Positions 1 through 10,577 of a stretch of 64,000 nucleotides of DNA are shown one piece after another. Each line of letters opens with the position of its first letter. Within the stretch, counting starts at the first letter, position 1. The notes under the pieces were generated by a model. The model had not been told where the DNA came from. It was given only the letters and a program-made list of their open reading frames with translations, and did not search any database. This DNA is from an uncultured virus (IMG/VR IMGVR_UViG_3300028416_000015) (lineage: Duplodnaviria; Heunggongvirae; Uroviricota; Caudoviricetes; Crassvirales), in IMG/VR virus record IMGVR_UViG_3300028416_000015; one strand, given 5' to 3'. The translations under genes and the position numbers were made by a program.

Positions 1-2
1 TA

Positions 3-131
3 ATTGAGACTATAAGAGTTGTAGATGGAGGAAGTATCCAGATATGGATAGAAAAAAACTCAGAAGTAATACTTTGGAAGTCTTTTAATGAGACTATCCC
101 TAAAGTAATTGAATTTAATATAAACTTTTAA
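3..131 (+). CDS. 3' end of hypothetical protein (truncated by window edge)
   Basis: Open frame IETIRVVDGG...IEFNINF* ends 4 nt before the next ATG. Confidence 0.6.
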   Translation: METIRVVDGGSIQIWIEKNSEVILWKSFNETIPKVIEFNINF

Positions 132-135
132 TCAA

Positions 136-702
136 ATGAAATCCCCACATTATTTTATTATCGAGCCTTTTGAAGGTAAGCGGTACGACAACGTGCGTAA
201 GTATGGTGAGTGTGAATTTATAATCAGCTCTTCTTTGGAGGATCATAGAGTAACACAGAGAGTAGGTGTCGTTATAGACGTGCCTATATTCTATGATGGA
301 CCAGTAAAGAAAGGAGACTTAGTAATTGTTCACCATAACGTATTCAGAGTTTATTACGACATGAGTGGTAAGGAACGTAGTGCTTGGCATTATTATAAAG
401 AGGGTGTGTATTTAATTGAACAAGAACAGTTATATTTGTATAGAAATGCAGATGATAATAAATGGACAGCACCTTACCCTTATTGCTTTGTAGAGCCATT
501 GAAGAAGAAAGAGTCTTATAGAGCGTCTTTGGGTGTTGAGGAGGAATTAATGGGTAAGGTTGTCTATTTCCCTAAGATTAATAACTCGTTGGTTAGTATA
601 GATGATACCGTTTCGTTTAGACCAGATAGTGAGTATGAGTTCAGAATAGATGATAGAAAGTTGTACAGAATGAAAGTTAGTAGCTTATGTCTGAAAGTTT
701 AA
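136..702 (+). CDS. hypothetical protein, possibly tandem GroES-like domains
   Basis: Two halves share the pattern F(I/V)(I/-)EP...G-x-V-(I/V)...V-x-x-(G/D)D-x-V, which resembles Cpn10. Confidence 0.45.
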   Translation: MKSPHYFIIEPFEGKRYDNVRKYGECEFIISSSLEDHRVTQRVGVVIDVPIFYDGPVKKGDLVIVHHNVFRVYYDMSGKERSAWHYYKEGVYLIEQEQLYLYRNADDNKWTAPYPYCFVEPLKKKESYRASLGVEEELMGKVVYFPKINNSLVSIDDTVSFRPDSEYEFRIDDRKLYRMKVSSLCLKV

Positions 703-983
703 AATCAAAACAGAATAGAATATTAGATGCAGCAGAGTTAGCTGTAGATGAGCTTATTAAGGTTTTGAAAGAGCCTATAATAAGAAATGCTGAAGAAGAT
801 ATTACAGCAGATAAAATGAAGAACGCAGCATCAGCCAAGAAGTTAGCTTTCTTGGACGCTATGGAGATATTAGATAAGATTCAAGAGATAAGAGATAGAG
901 TTGATGAGACTATTATCAACATACCAGACACTACTAAAGGTGGTTGGGCTGAGAATGCTGCTAAAAATAGTAAGAAGAAATGA
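687..983 (+). CDS. putative terminase small subunit
   Basis: 98-aa helical protein overlapping the TerL start (ATGA). Confidence 0.45.
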   Translation: MSESLKSKQNRILDAAELAVDELIKVLKEPIIRNAEEDITADKMKNAASAKKLAFLDAMEILDKIQEIRDRVDETIINIPDTTKGGWAENAAKNSKKK

Positions 984-3190
984 TACCTGAAAAATACGCA
1001 TTATATACCGTAGAACAGATTGAAGGAAAGAAGCGTCATTTTGACTATGGTTACAATAAGGAGTATGACATTGTGGTAATATCTAAATCTGGTAAAATAT
1101 CAGGAGAGATATATAATATTAATGGTGTTAGGATTGCTTTACCAGAACAACCTGCAAAAATAGAGAAAGGAGCTAACAAATGGGTAGCTGAGGAGTATCC
1201 TAAAGAACTATCTAAAATAAAGACTATATTTGATTGGAACAGGAAAGAAAACTCATTTAAAGCGAAATATGTAGATTATATAGAAAGAGAGTTTGAACGT
1301 AGGGATCAAGGGCATTGGTTTATGAATAATGGTCAGCCTACATATATAACTGGAAGTCACTATATGTATTTACAATTTTCTAAGATTGATATAGGTTTAC
1401 CTGATTTTCGTGAGTCAAATAGGATATTCTTTATATTTTGGGAAGCTTGTAAGGCAGATAGTAGGTCTTTTGGAATGGTGTATCTTAAGAATAGACGTTC
1501 TGGGTTTTCTTTTATGAGTTCAGCTGAAATATCTAACATTGGTACTTTAGCTAAAGATGCACGTTTAGGAATGTGCTCCAAGACAGGTAATGATGCTAAG
1601 AAGATGTTTACTGATAAGGTTGTGCCTATCGTAAACAATTACCCATTCTTCTTTCAGCCTGTGAGAGATGGTATGACTAATCCAAAGACAGAGATAGCTT
1701 TTCGTGTTCCTGCTAGTAAGATCACTAAAAAGAACATGGATGAAGTCCATGGTGAGGAGATGGAGGGGTTAGATACTTCTATTGACTGGAAGAATACATC
1801 TGACAACGCATACGATGGTGAGAAGCTACTTATGCTTGTGGAAGATGAGGCAGCTAAGTTGGAAAAACCTATGAATATACTTAATGGTTGGCGAGTTAGA
1901 AAGACTTGTTTACGTTTAGGTAGTAGGGTTATAGGTAAATGTATGATGGGTTCTACATCTAATGCTTTATCTAAAGGTGGGGGTAATTACAAGGATTTAT
2001 ACCTAGATTCAGATCCACATAAGCGTTCTAAGAATGGTCAGACTAAAAGTGGTCTATATTCGTTATTCATACCTATGGAGTGGAACTTTGAGGGTTATAT
2101 AGATGAGTATGGAATGCCTGTATTTGAAACTCCAGAAGAACCTATAGTAGGTATGGATGGAGAGATGATAGATATGGGTGTTATTGAGTATTGGAATAAT
2201 GAGGTTGAAGCTTTAAAGAATGACTCAGATGCTCTTAATGAATTTTACAGACAATTCCCTAGAACTGAATCTCATGCGTTTAGAGATGAATCAAAAGAAT
2301 CTTTATTCAATCTTACGAAGATATATTCTCAGATAGATTACAATGATGGTTTAATTAAGGAGAAATTCTTGACTAGAGGTAGTTTCCATTGGAAAAATGG
2401 TGTACAAGACTCTGAAGTGGTTTGGACTCCTGATAGAAATGGTAGGTTCTTAGTTTCATGGTTACCTCCTGTGAATTTAAGGAATAATGTTATAACTAAG
2501 AATGGGAAGAAATATCCTGGGAATGACCACTTAGGAAAGTTCGGTTGTGATAGTTACGATATATCTGGAGTTGTAGGTGGTGGGGGATCTAATGGTGCTC
2601 TGCATGGAATGACAGCTTATCACATGGACAATGCTCCTGTAAATGAGTTCTTTTTAGAATATGTTGCTAGACCTAGTACAGCTGAGATATTTTATGAGGA
2701 GGTTTTAATGGCGTTAGTTTTTTATGGTATGTCTATACTTGCAGAGAATAATAAGCCAAGATTGCTTTATCATTTAAAGACTAGGGGTTACAGAGGTTAT
2801 TCTATGAATAGACCAGATAAACATATTAGTAAGTTGTCAAAAACAGAGTTAGAGCTTGGTGGAATACCTAACTCATCTGAAGATGTAAGACAAGCTCACG
2901 CAACAGCTATTGAATCTTATATTGAGGAATATGTTGGTATAGACACTGAGGGAGTGTATAGACCTCAAGATGAAGTTGGTAGTATGTATTTTACTAGAAC
3001 TTTAGAGGACTGGGCTAAGTTTGAATTTAACAATAGAACTAAGTATGATGCTTCTATTAGCTCTGGGTTGGCGATAATGGCTAATCGTAAGCACAGGTTT
3101 GTTCAAGAGGTAAAAAAGTCAAAAATAAATGTTAATTTTGCTAGATATAATAACAGTGGTGGACAGAGCCAAATAAGTAAATATGAATAA
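980..3190 (+). CDS. terL: terminase large subunit
   Basis: Walker A-like KNRRSGFS, Walker B LMLVEDEAAK, nuclease FGCDSYD; lies before the portal. Confidence 0.9.
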   Translation: MIPEKYALYTVEQIEGKKRHFDYGYNKEYDIVVISKSGKISGEIYNINGVRIALPEQPAKIEKGANKWVAEEYPKELSKIKTIFDWNRKENSFKAKYVDYIEREFERRDQGHWFMNNGQPTYITGSHYMYLQFSKIDIGLPDFRESNRIFFIFWEACKADSRSFGMVYLKNRRSGFSFMSSAEISNIGTLAKDARLGMCSKTGNDAKKMFTDKVVPIVNNYPFFFQPVRDGMTNPKTEIAFRVPASKITKKNMDEVHGEEMEGLDTSIDWKNTSDNAYDGEKLLMLVEDEAAKLEKPMNILNGWRVRKTCLRLGSRVIGKCMMGSTSNALSKGGGNYKDLYLDSDPHKRSKNGQTKSGLYSLFIPMEWNFEGYIDEYGMPVFETPEEPIVGMDGEMIDMGVIEYWNNEVEALKNDSDALNEFYRQFPRTESHAFRDESKESLFNLTKIYSQIDYNDGLIKEKFLTRGSFHWKNGVQDSEVVWTPDRNGRFLVSWLPPVNLRNNVITKNGKKYPGNDHLGKFGCDSYDISGVVGGGGSNGALHGMTAYHMDNAPVNEFFLEYVARPSTAEIFYEEVLMALVFYGMSILAENNKPRLLYHLKTRGYRGYSMNRPDKHISKLSKTELELGGIPNSSEDVRQAHATAIESYIEEYVGIDTEGVYRPQDEVGSMYFTRTLEDWAKFEFNNRTKYDASISSGLAIMANRKHRFVQEVKKSKINVNFARYNNSGGQSQISKYE

Positions 3191-5612
3191 AGGACCTATT
3201 ATAAAAAATACTTCGTTCCCAAACCAAATGGCAACGGATGCTGAGAAAGCAACTAATGAGTACGGATTAACTGTTGCTCATGCTATTCAATCAGAATGGT
3301 TCAAGAGAAGGGGAGAAGGGTGTAGGTACTACAGTCAGTTTGGTGACTTCCATAGAATGAGATTATATGCTCGTGGAGAGCAGCCAATAGGTAAGTATAA
3401 GAATGAAATGGCTGTTAATGGCGATAGTTCTCATCTTAATTTAGATTGGTCTATTGTTCCTATTATACCTAAGTTTGTTGATATTGTTGTGAATGGTATG
3501 AATGACCGTTTATACGCAATAAAGGCAGAATCTCAAGATGTAATGTCTGCAGAGAAAAAGAACTCTTTCCAAGAAACTATAGAGAAAGATATGAAAGCTA
3601 AACCATTCTTAAGTCAAATGAAGAATGAGCTAGGTGTAGATGCTTTTAATATTCCTGAAGAAGAGATTCCAGAGACAGATGATGAGTTGTCTTTATATAT
3701 GCAGCTTAAGTATAAGCCAGGGATAGAGATAGCAGAAGAGGTTGCTATAGATACGTTGTTCGAGATGAATGACTATAAATATAGAATTAAGCCTGATGTA
3801 GACATGGACTTAACGGTATTAGGTATTGGTGCTGTTAGACATACGTTTGATTCTGTACAAGGTGTTAAACTTCAGTATGTTGATCCTGCTAATCTTATAT
3901 ATAGTGATGGAGAAGAAAAAGACTTTTCCGACAGATATTATTTTGGAGAGGTAAAGAGAGTACATTATACAGAGTTAGTTAAAATTAAGCCTAATATTAC
4001 TAAAGAAGAATTAGAGAGCATTAGGAATAGTGGTGATGCTTGGGATCAAGAGTACCCAATATCTACTAGATATAATGATGATGTTCTTGGTGGTGAAATG
4101 GTAAACTTGTTATATTTTAACTATAAAACTAACAAGCGTTTCATTTATAAGAAGAAGAAATTAGATAATGGTGGAGAGAGATTAATAAGAAGAGATGAAA
4201 GTTTCAATCCTCCAGAATCAGAGGAAGATAGATTTGAAAGAGTAGAGGTTGTAAAAGACGTTTGGTATGATGGTGTAATTGTACTTGGTACAGATATTAT
4301 GCTAAAATGGGAATTACTTAAGAATATGGTAAGACCTAAGTCAGCTAGTCAAGATGCTCTACCTAATTATATTGTTAATGCTCCTAGACTATATAGAGGT
4401 AATATAGAGTCGTTAACTAAAAGAATGATTCCGTTTGCTGACCAAATACAGCTTACACATCTTAAGATACAACAAGTAATGTCGAGAGTTGTTCCTGATG
4501 GTGTATTTATTGATGCTGATGGTATTAACGAGGTTGATTTAGGTAATGGAGCAGAATATAGTCCACAAGATGCTCTTAATCTTTACTTCCAAACAGGTAG
4601 TGTTGTAGGTAGGAGTTATACTGGCGAGGGTGAGTTTAATAACGCACGAGTTCCAATTCAAGAGTTATCATCTAATAGTGGTCAAGGGAAATTACAAGCA
4701 TTAATAGGTGTTTACAACTACAACCTTAATATGATTAGGGATGTAACAGGCTTAAATGAAGCTAGAGATGCTTCAACACCGAATCCAGATGCTTTAGTAG
4801 GATTGCAGAAGTTAGCAGCTTTAAACAGTAATACAGCAACAAAACATATACTTGATGGTGGTCTTACTATAACAAGAGTTCTTTCTAAGTGTTTATCCCT
4901 AAGAATAGCTGATATTTTAGAGTACGCAGATTTCAGAGAAGAGTTCGCTATGCAGATTGGTAAGTATAACTTATCTATTCTTAACGATATAAAAGATTTA
5001 TACTTACATTCTTTTGGTATATTCTTGGAATTAGAGCCAGATGAAGAAGAGAGAGCACAGTTAGAGGCTAATATACAGATGGCATTAAGTAGGGATCAGA
5101 TTGATTTAGAAGATGCTATAGATATTAGAATGGTTAAGAACCTTAAATTAGCTAATGAGTTACTTAAGGTTAAGAGACGTAAGAAGCAAGAGCGTGAGGT
5201 TAAGATGCAGAAAGATAAGGAACAAATGCAAATGCAGTTTAATCTACAGTCTCAAAAAGCATCATCTGAAGCTCAAGCACAGAAAGTACAAATGGAGGCT
5301 CAGTCTAAAATATCTATTGAGGAGGCTAAGTCTAATTATGAGATAGCTAAATTAAATGCTGAGGTTGCTGCTAAAAAAGAATTAATGGCTGTCGAATTTG
5401 AATACAATATGCAGCTTAGAGGAATGGAGGCAGAAACATTAATGAAGCGAGAAGACAAGAAAGAAGAAGCTAAAGACAAACGTGTTGATATTCAAGCTAC
5501 TAAGCAGTCTAAGCTAATTGAACAAAGACAGAAAGGCTTACCTCCTGTTGATTTTGAATCTTCAGAAGATGACATATCAGGTTTTGATTTATCAAGTTTT
5601 AATCCAAAATAG
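3183..5612 (+). CDS. portal protein
   Basis: 809 aa after TerL; W..VPIIPKFVDIVVNG motif; C-terminal coiled-coil barrel. Confidence 0.85.
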   Translation: MNKGPIIKNTSFPNQMATDAEKATNEYGLTVAHAIQSEWFKRRGEGCRYYSQFGDFHRMRLYARGEQPIGKYKNEMAVNGDSSHLNLDWSIVPIIPKFVDIVVNGMNDRLYAIKAESQDVMSAEKKNSFQETIEKDMKAKPFLSQMKNELGVDAFNIPEEEIPETDDELSLYMQLKYKPGIEIAEEVAIDTLFEMNDYKYRIKPDVDMDLTVLGIGAVRHTFDSVQGVKLQYVDPANLIYSDGEEKDFSDRYYFGEVKRVHYTELVKIKPNITKEELESIRNSGDAWDQEYPISTRYNDDVLGGEMVNLLYFNYKTNKRFIYKKKKLDNGGERLIRRDESFNPPESEEDRFERVEVVKDVWYDGVIVLGTDIMLKWELLKNMVRPKSASQDALPNYIVNAPRLYRGNIESLTKRMIPFADQIQLTHLKIQQVMSRVVPDGVFIDADGINEVDLGNGAEYSPQDALNLYFQTGSVVGRSYTGEGEFNNARVPIQELSSNSGQGKLQALIGVYNYNLNMIRDVTGLNEARDASTPNPDALVGLQKLAALNSNTATKHILDGGLTITRVLSKCLSLRIADILEYADFREEFAMQIGKYNLSILNDIKDLYLHSFGIFLELEPDEEERAQLEANIQMALSRDQIDLEDAIDIRMVKNLKLANELLKVKRRKKQEREVKMQKDKEQMQMQFNLQSQKASSEAQAQKVQMEAQSKISIEEAKSNYEIAKLNAEVAAKKELMAVEFEYNMQLRGMEAETLMKREDKKEEAKDKRVDIQATKQSKLIEQRQKGLPPVDFESSEDDISGFDLSSFNPK

Positions 5613-5614
5613 TT

Positions 5615-5878
5615 ATGATAAATAAAAGCAAAATGAAGTGCAATAAGCCAAAAAAGACTCCTACTCATAAAACTAAGAGTCATGTGGTAAAGGCTTGTTC
5701 TAAAGGAGAAGAGAAGATTATTAGGTTTGGTCAACAAGGGGTTTCAGGATCTCCTAAGAAAAAAGGAGAATCTAAGGCTGATAAAGCTAGACGAAGTTCT
5801 TTTAAGGCTCGTCATGCTAAGAATATATCTAAAGGCAAGATGTCAGCAGCTTATTGGGCAGATAAAGTGAAGTGGTAA
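5615..5878 (+). CDS. small basic phage protein
   Basis: IIRFGQQG...RRSSFKARH...SAAYWADKVKW; very Lys-rich. Confidence 0.7.
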   Translation: MINKSKMKCNKPKKTPTHKTKSHVVKACSKGEEKIIRFGQQGVSGSPKKKGESKADKARRSSFKARHAKNISKGKMSAAYWADKVKW

Positions 5879-5898
5879 TTAATAAAAAATAAATAGTT

Positions 5899-6030
5899 AT
5901 GCCGATAAAAAAAGGAAAAAGTTGTAACAAAGGAATGAGTCACAATAAAGCAGCAAGAAAAGCTGATGGAAGTAGATTAGTTCAAGCTATAAGACGCAAG
6001 AAAAGTGGCGTGAGTAAAAAAAAGAAATAA
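5899..6030 (+). CDS. 43-aa basic protein (not in ORF track)
   Basis: MPIKKGKSCNKG...VSKKKK*; AT-rich leader; fills the intergenic gap. Confidence 0.5.
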   Translation: MPIKKGKSCNKGMSHNKAARKADGSRLVQAIRRKKSGVSKKKK

Positions 6031-6035
6031 TTGTT

Positions 6036-6043
6036 TAACTTTG
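6036..6043 (+). promoter_or_regulatory. Bacteroidetes-type -7 promoter box
   Basis: TAACTTTG (TAnnTTTG) 20 nt before the scaffold ATG. Like boxes on + at 3133, 9423, 9808, 19282, 50297, 53181, 57994. Confidence 0.6.
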
Positions 6044-6063
6044 TTAAAAATAATTCTAATTAA

Positions 6064-7164
6064 ATGAAAGTAAGAGCAGTAGAGTACGATGAGAAGCCTT
6101 TATCTGAACAAGAGAGAGAAGCTATCGAAAAAGCAGAAGAAGCTAAAAAAGTAGAAGAAAATATTGAGGATAAGGACAACCCTCCTGTAGAAAATCCTCC
6201 TATTAAAGATGAAGACGAAGAAATTAAAGAGACTCCTAAGTTAGATATTGATGATAGTGCAGTATTGGACTATTTAAAATCAAAGACTGGTAAAGAGTTA
6301 GATTCGTTGGATTCTTTATTTGAAGAAAAGAAAGTAGAGTTGCCTGAAGATGTTGAGGCGTTCTATAAATATAAAAAAGAAACTGGTCGTAGTTTGAGCG
6401 ACTTCATAGAACTGAATAGAGACTTTGATGCAGCAGATGCTGATAAGGTTTTATTTAAGTATATAAAAGACAATAACCCATCATTAGATGATGATGATAT
6501 TGCTTTTGAAATGGAGAGATTCAAATACGATGAAGATATGGATGATGAGGCAACTATTAAAGCTGCTAAATTATCTAAAAAGAAAGAACTTGCTAAGGCA
6601 AAGGATTATTTTAATGGTCTAAAAGAACAATACAAAGCACCTCTTGAGTCAAGAGATCCTTTAGTTCCAGAAGATGAGTTAGAACAATACAATGCTTACA
6701 AGGAATATAAAGGTAAGTTATCTACCGAGCAAGAAGAACAGTTGAAGCGTTCTGAGTATTTTGCTAAAAAGACAGATGAGTTATTCTCTGATAAATTTGA
6801 AGGTTTCGGATTTAACATTGATGAGGATAATAAAGTTGTTTATAAACCAGCAGATGCAAAGACAGTTAAGGAGCAACAGTCAGATTTAAAGACTTTCGTA
6901 GGGAAGTTCTTAAATGAAGAAGGTTACCTTAGTGATGCAGAGGCTTTTCATAAGGCTATAGCGATAGCAAATGATCCTGATAAGTTTGCTAAATTCTTCT
7001 ATGAGAAGGGTAAGGCAGACAGCACAGATGGTTTTGAGAAAGAATCTAAAAATATAGACATGGTTCGTAAACAAAGCACAAGTGTTAAAAAAGATGGACC
7101 AGTTGTTAGAGCGGTTGATAGCTCATCAGGAAATGGGTTAAAATATAAAACACGTAAAAACTAA
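6064..7164 (+). CDS. putative capsid scaffolding protein
   Basis: Acidic helical protein directly upstream of the MCP. Confidence 0.6.
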   Translation: MKVRAVEYDEKPLSEQEREAIEKAEEAKKVEENIEDKDNPPVENPPIKDEDEEIKETPKLDIDDSAVLDYLKSKTGKELDSLDSLFEEKKVELPEDVEAFYKYKKETGRSLSDFIELNRDFDAADADKVLFKYIKDNNPSLDDDDIAFEMERFKYDEDMDDEATIKAAKLSKKKELAKAKDYFNGLKEQYKAPLESRDPLVPEDELEQYNAYKEYKGKLSTEQEEQLKRSEYFAKKTDELFSDKFEGFGFNIDEDNKVVYKPADAKTVKEQQSDLKTFVGKFLNEEGYLSDAEAFHKAIAIANDPDKFAKFFYEKGKADSTDGFEKESKNIDMVRKQSTSVKKDGPVVRAVDSSSGNGLKYKTRKN

Positions 7165-7170
7165 AACAAA

Positions 7171-8583
7171 ATGGCTGGAACATTAGCAACAAGTCCAGGT
7201 GTAAACATTACACCATCATCAGTTAAAGCGGCATTGCCGACTAACTACATTACAAACTTTGATTTCTTAAATCAATACTTACCTGACACTTACGAACAAG
7301 ATTTCGAGCGTTACGGTAATAGAACAATGGCATCTTTCTTAAGAAATGTGTCTGCTGAAATCCCAACGACATCTGACCTTATTAAATGGAACGAGCAAGG
7401 GCGTTTACATACTAAATACACTGCTGTAGTTCCTGACTCTGCTATCACTACTGATACTGCGTTATTTTCTATCGCTGGTGCAACTGCGTGTGTATTCCGT
7501 AAAAACCAAACAGTTTTCTTAGTATCTGAATCTACTACTGCTGCGGCAAAAGCTATTATTTCAGGTGTTGGTACTGCTGATGGTTTAGCTGATGACCAAC
7601 AGTTCCAAGTTAAGTTTTATGAAGCGGCTGGTTCTCCATTCGTTCAAACTACTGAAACTGTAACTGCATTCGTTTATGGTTCTGAGTTCAAGAAAGGATC
7701 TAACGGAATGGAAGGTTCTTTAGAGGCTGACGTTGATATTTTCTCTACTAAACCAATTATCATCAAAGATAAGTACGCTGTTTCTGGTTCAGATATGGCT
7801 CAAATCGGATGGGTAGAAGTAGAAGGTGATAACGGAATGGGGTACTTATGGTACTTAAAGTCTGAGCATGAGACTCGTCAACGTTTCGAGGATTACTTAG
7901 AAATGGCAATGATTGAGGCTGTACCTGCTGAGAATGGTTCTGCTGCTGAAGCTTATTTATCTTCTAACACTGGTGGTGGTAACGCTGGTACTGAAGGTTT
8001 ATTTGAATCTATTGAGACAAGAGGTAACGTATGGTCAGGTGGTAACCCATCTACACTTGCTGACTTCGACTTAGTAGTTGACCGTTTAGATAAGCAAGGA
8101 GCTATCGCTGAGAATGTATTGTTCCAAAACAGACAGTTTTCTTTTGATACTGACGATATGTTAGGTGACTTAAGTTCAGCTACAGGTACTTCTTATGGTA
8201 TGTTTGACAACAACAAAGAGATGGCGTTAAACTTAGGGTTCACAGGATTCAGAAGAGGTTACGACTTCTACAAAACTGACTGGAAATACCTTAACGATGC
8301 TGCTTTAAGAGGTGGTTTAACTGCTGGTAAAGTAAATGGTGTATTAGTACCTGCTGGAACTACTTCTGTTTATGACGAAGTAATGGGTTCTAAGGTTAAG
8401 AGACCATTCTTACACGTACGTTACAAATCATCTGCACAAGAAGATCGTAAGTTAAAAACTTGGATTACTGGTTCAGCTGGTGGAGCATCTAATACTGATG
8501 AAGATGCAATGAATGTTCACTTCTTATCTGAGAGAGCATTATGTACATTAGGAGCTAATAACTTCTTTATCTTTAAAGGATAG
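7171..8583 (+). CDS. major capsid protein
   Basis: 470 aa; strongly biased high-expression codon use; position; followed by a terminator. Confidence 0.85.
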   Translation: MAGTLATSPGVNITPSSVKAALPTNYITNFDFLNQYLPDTYEQDFERYGNRTMASFLRNVSAEIPTTSDLIKWNEQGRLHTKYTAVVPDSAITTDTALFSIAGATACVFRKNQTVFLVSESTTAAAKAIISGVGTADGLADDQQFQVKFYEAAGSPFVQTTETVTAFVYGSEFKKGSNGMEGSLEADVDIFSTKPIIIKDKYAVSGSDMAQIGWVEVEGDNGMGYLWYLKSEHETRQRFEDYLEMAMIEAVPAENGSAAEAYLSSNTGGGNAGTEGLFESIETRGNVWSGGNPSTLADFDLVVDRLDKQGAIAENVLFQNRQFSFDTDDMLGDLSSATGTSYGMFDNNKEMALNLGFTGFRRGYDFYKTDWKYLNDAALRGGLTAGKVNGVLVPAGTTSVYDEVMGSKVKRPFLHVRYKSSAQEDRKLKTWITGSAGGASNTDEDAMNVHFLSERALCTLGANNFFIFKG

Positions 8584-8589
8584 AATATA

Positions 8590-8630
8590 AAGAGAGGGGG
8601 GTTTAAAAAGTCTCCCTCTTATTTTTTTTT
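8590..8630 (+). terminator. intrinsic terminator
   Basis: AAGAGAGGGGG...TCTCCCTCTT stem followed by a T tract. Confidence 0.75.
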
Positions 8631-8650
8631 AAATTCAAATTAAAATTCAA

Positions 8651-9418
8651 ATGAAAAAACAATCACAACAAAAAGACAGAACTTACCTATTGAAAGGTAA
8701 ATCACCATTAAGTTTATCTATTGCATCAAGAGATTCAGCTAGATTTAGATTATTGTACCACGATACAGAAGCTAATGAAGGTAGGGGAGCTAACAGAGCA
8801 TTAAGATATGCTAAAAATCAAAACTCTCCATTCCAAGATGAGCAAGATGACACAGCTATATTAGAACCTATTGTATTTGAGGATGGTAAATTATTTGTAC
8901 CAAAAACAAATCCAGTATTACAAGAATTTTTAAGTTACCACCCAGGGAACGTTGAAAACGGTGGAACTGAATTTTATGAGTTTGACCCTGAGAAGGTTGC
9001 TCAAGAAAACATTGAGAATTTAAACTTAGAGGTTGATGCACTTATTGCTGCTAGATCAATGGACTTAAACACTATGAAATCAATAGGTAGAGTTCATTTG
9101 AATGGTAATGTAGATAAGATGACTTCTTCTGAGTTAAAACATGATATATTACTTTTCGCTAAACAGAATCCTGTAGAGTTCTTGGAAGCTATTGATGATC
9201 CAGAGCTAAACGTTAGTAATATTGCTTCAAGAGCAATGTCTGAGGGATATGTTCAGTTAAGAGGTGGTAAAGACTTATTTTACGCACTTCCAGACAATAA
9301 GAAGAAGATTATGACTATACCTTTTGGTCAAAAACCTGAAGATGCTTTATCTGAATGGTTGCATTCTGACAAGGGTAAAGATTTCTTCGTATTCTTATCT
9401 GAAAAGTTAGAAGATTAA
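8651..9418 (+). CDS. hypothetical virion-associated protein
   Basis: 255-aa ORF in the structural operon. Confidence 0.7.
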   Translation: MKKQSQQKDRTYLLKGKSPLSLSIASRDSARFRLLYHDTEANEGRGANRALRYAKNQNSPFQDEQDDTAILEPIVFEDGKLFVPKTNPVLQEFLSYHPGNVENGGTEFYEFDPEKVAQENIENLNLEVDALIAARSMDLNTMKSIGRVHLNGNVDKMTSSELKHDILLFAKQNPVEFLEAIDDPELNVSNIASRAMSEGYVQLRGGKDLFYALPDNKKKIMTIPFGQKPEDALSEWLHSDKGKDFFVFLSEKLED

Positions 9419-9461
9419 TTACTATATTTGCACTTTATTAATAACCAAAAATTTTTACACA

Positions 9462-9752
9462 ATGGCACAATTTTTATCAATCCCTGTAACTTCAGAAGGG
9501 AATCAATTAATTTCAGCGAGAAACGTATTGTTGGTTGAACAAGCTTCAACAACAACTGTAACAGTAACTTATGCTTCAGGTTCTACAGGAGCTGACGTTC
9601 TTACTATTACTCACGCTACACAAGCAAGTGGTTACGAAATGAGAGATGTTATTCAAAACGCTCTAATTAGTGCTCACGACAAAAAAACAAGCCCAGATGT
9701 TATCATTGAGGTAACACCAACAAAAGCTGTATCTGGTATTGCAATAGCATAA
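9462..9752 (+). CDS. small beta-rich virion protein (possible decoration protein)
   Basis: Own promoter box (9423) and terminator; high-expression codons. Confidence 0.55.
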   Translation: MAQFLSIPVTSEGNQLISARNVLLVEQASTTTVTVTYASGSTGADVLTITHATQASGYEMRDVIQNALISAHDKKTSPDVIIEVTPTKAVSGIAIA

Positions 9753-9772
9753 TCGTTTTTCTTTCATAGCTT

Positions 9773-9805
9773 AAAGGGGCACTGCATTTTTGTAGTGCCT
9801 TTTTT
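9773..9805 (+). terminator. intrinsic terminator
   Basis: GGCACTGCA-TTTT-TGTAGTGCC followed by a T tract. Confidence 0.75.
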
Positions 9806-9832
9806 ATTATCTTTGTATTTAAAATATTACAC

Positions 9833-10573
9833 ATGATAAATAACGTAAGGAATACAGTTTTATCTATAATCAGCAAAGACAATAGAGGATATATAACTCC
9901 AGAAGAATTTAACCAATTTGCAACACAGGCACAGTTGGAGATATTTGAGAAATACTTCTATGATTATAGTGTTGCTTTAAATGCTCAGAACAATGGTAGA
10001 GTTTACACAGTTGTATCTCATGGTTCTGGATATTCAGATATTCCTGCAAGATTAGCTGAAGTAATTGATAGCTTTGTTACAAGTAATGTATTACATTATA
10101 ATGGTGCTACTTTGAAGTTTTATAAACCAGGTGAAGATCCTGCGTTTCCCAATGAAGATTTAGCTTATAAGATTGATAGGGTTATATACAACGACACTGT
10201 AGAGGTTGAGAAGGTAGATAGACATAGAATGATAAATATGACTAATAGTTTGGTTGCACCATCTGTTCTTTACCCAGTATATACTCTTGACAATCAAGGT
10301 TTAAAGGTTTATCCATCTACTATTGTAAATAATTGTATTGTAGAGTACATAAGGTATCCTAAGACTCCGAAATGGACATATACTTCATTATCAGGAGGAG
10401 AGCCTTTATTCAATCAGTCGGCATCAGATTACCAAGACTTTGAGTTACCAGAGAACGATGAGACTAATCTAATAATAAAGATTTTACAATATGCAGGTGT
10501 TTCAATTAGAGAGCCTGAAGTTGTTGCTATGGCTAAACAAGACGAATTACAAAATAACGCAGAAAAGAAATAA
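9833..10573 (+). CDS. tail tubular/ring protein
   Basis: GYITPEEFN..A..AQ and YIRYP..P.W motifs typical of crAss-like ring proteins; position. Confidence 0.6.
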   Translation: MINNVRNTVLSIISKDNRGYITPEEFNQFATQAQLEIFEKYFYDYSVALNAQNNGRVYTVVSHGSGYSDIPARLAEVIDSFVTSNVLHYNGATLKFYKPGEDPAFPNEDLAYKIDRVIYNDTVEVEKVDRHRMINMTNSLVAPSVLYPVYTLDNQGLKVYPSTIVNNCIVEYIRYPKTPKWTYTSLSGGEPLFNQSASDYQDFELPENDETNLIIKILQYAGVSIREPEVVAMAKQDELQNNAEKK

Positions 10574-10577
10574 TTAG

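Noticed and set aside
5155..5346. +1 ORF nested in the portal gene
   Set aside because: No supporting leader or codon anomaly; plausible by chance
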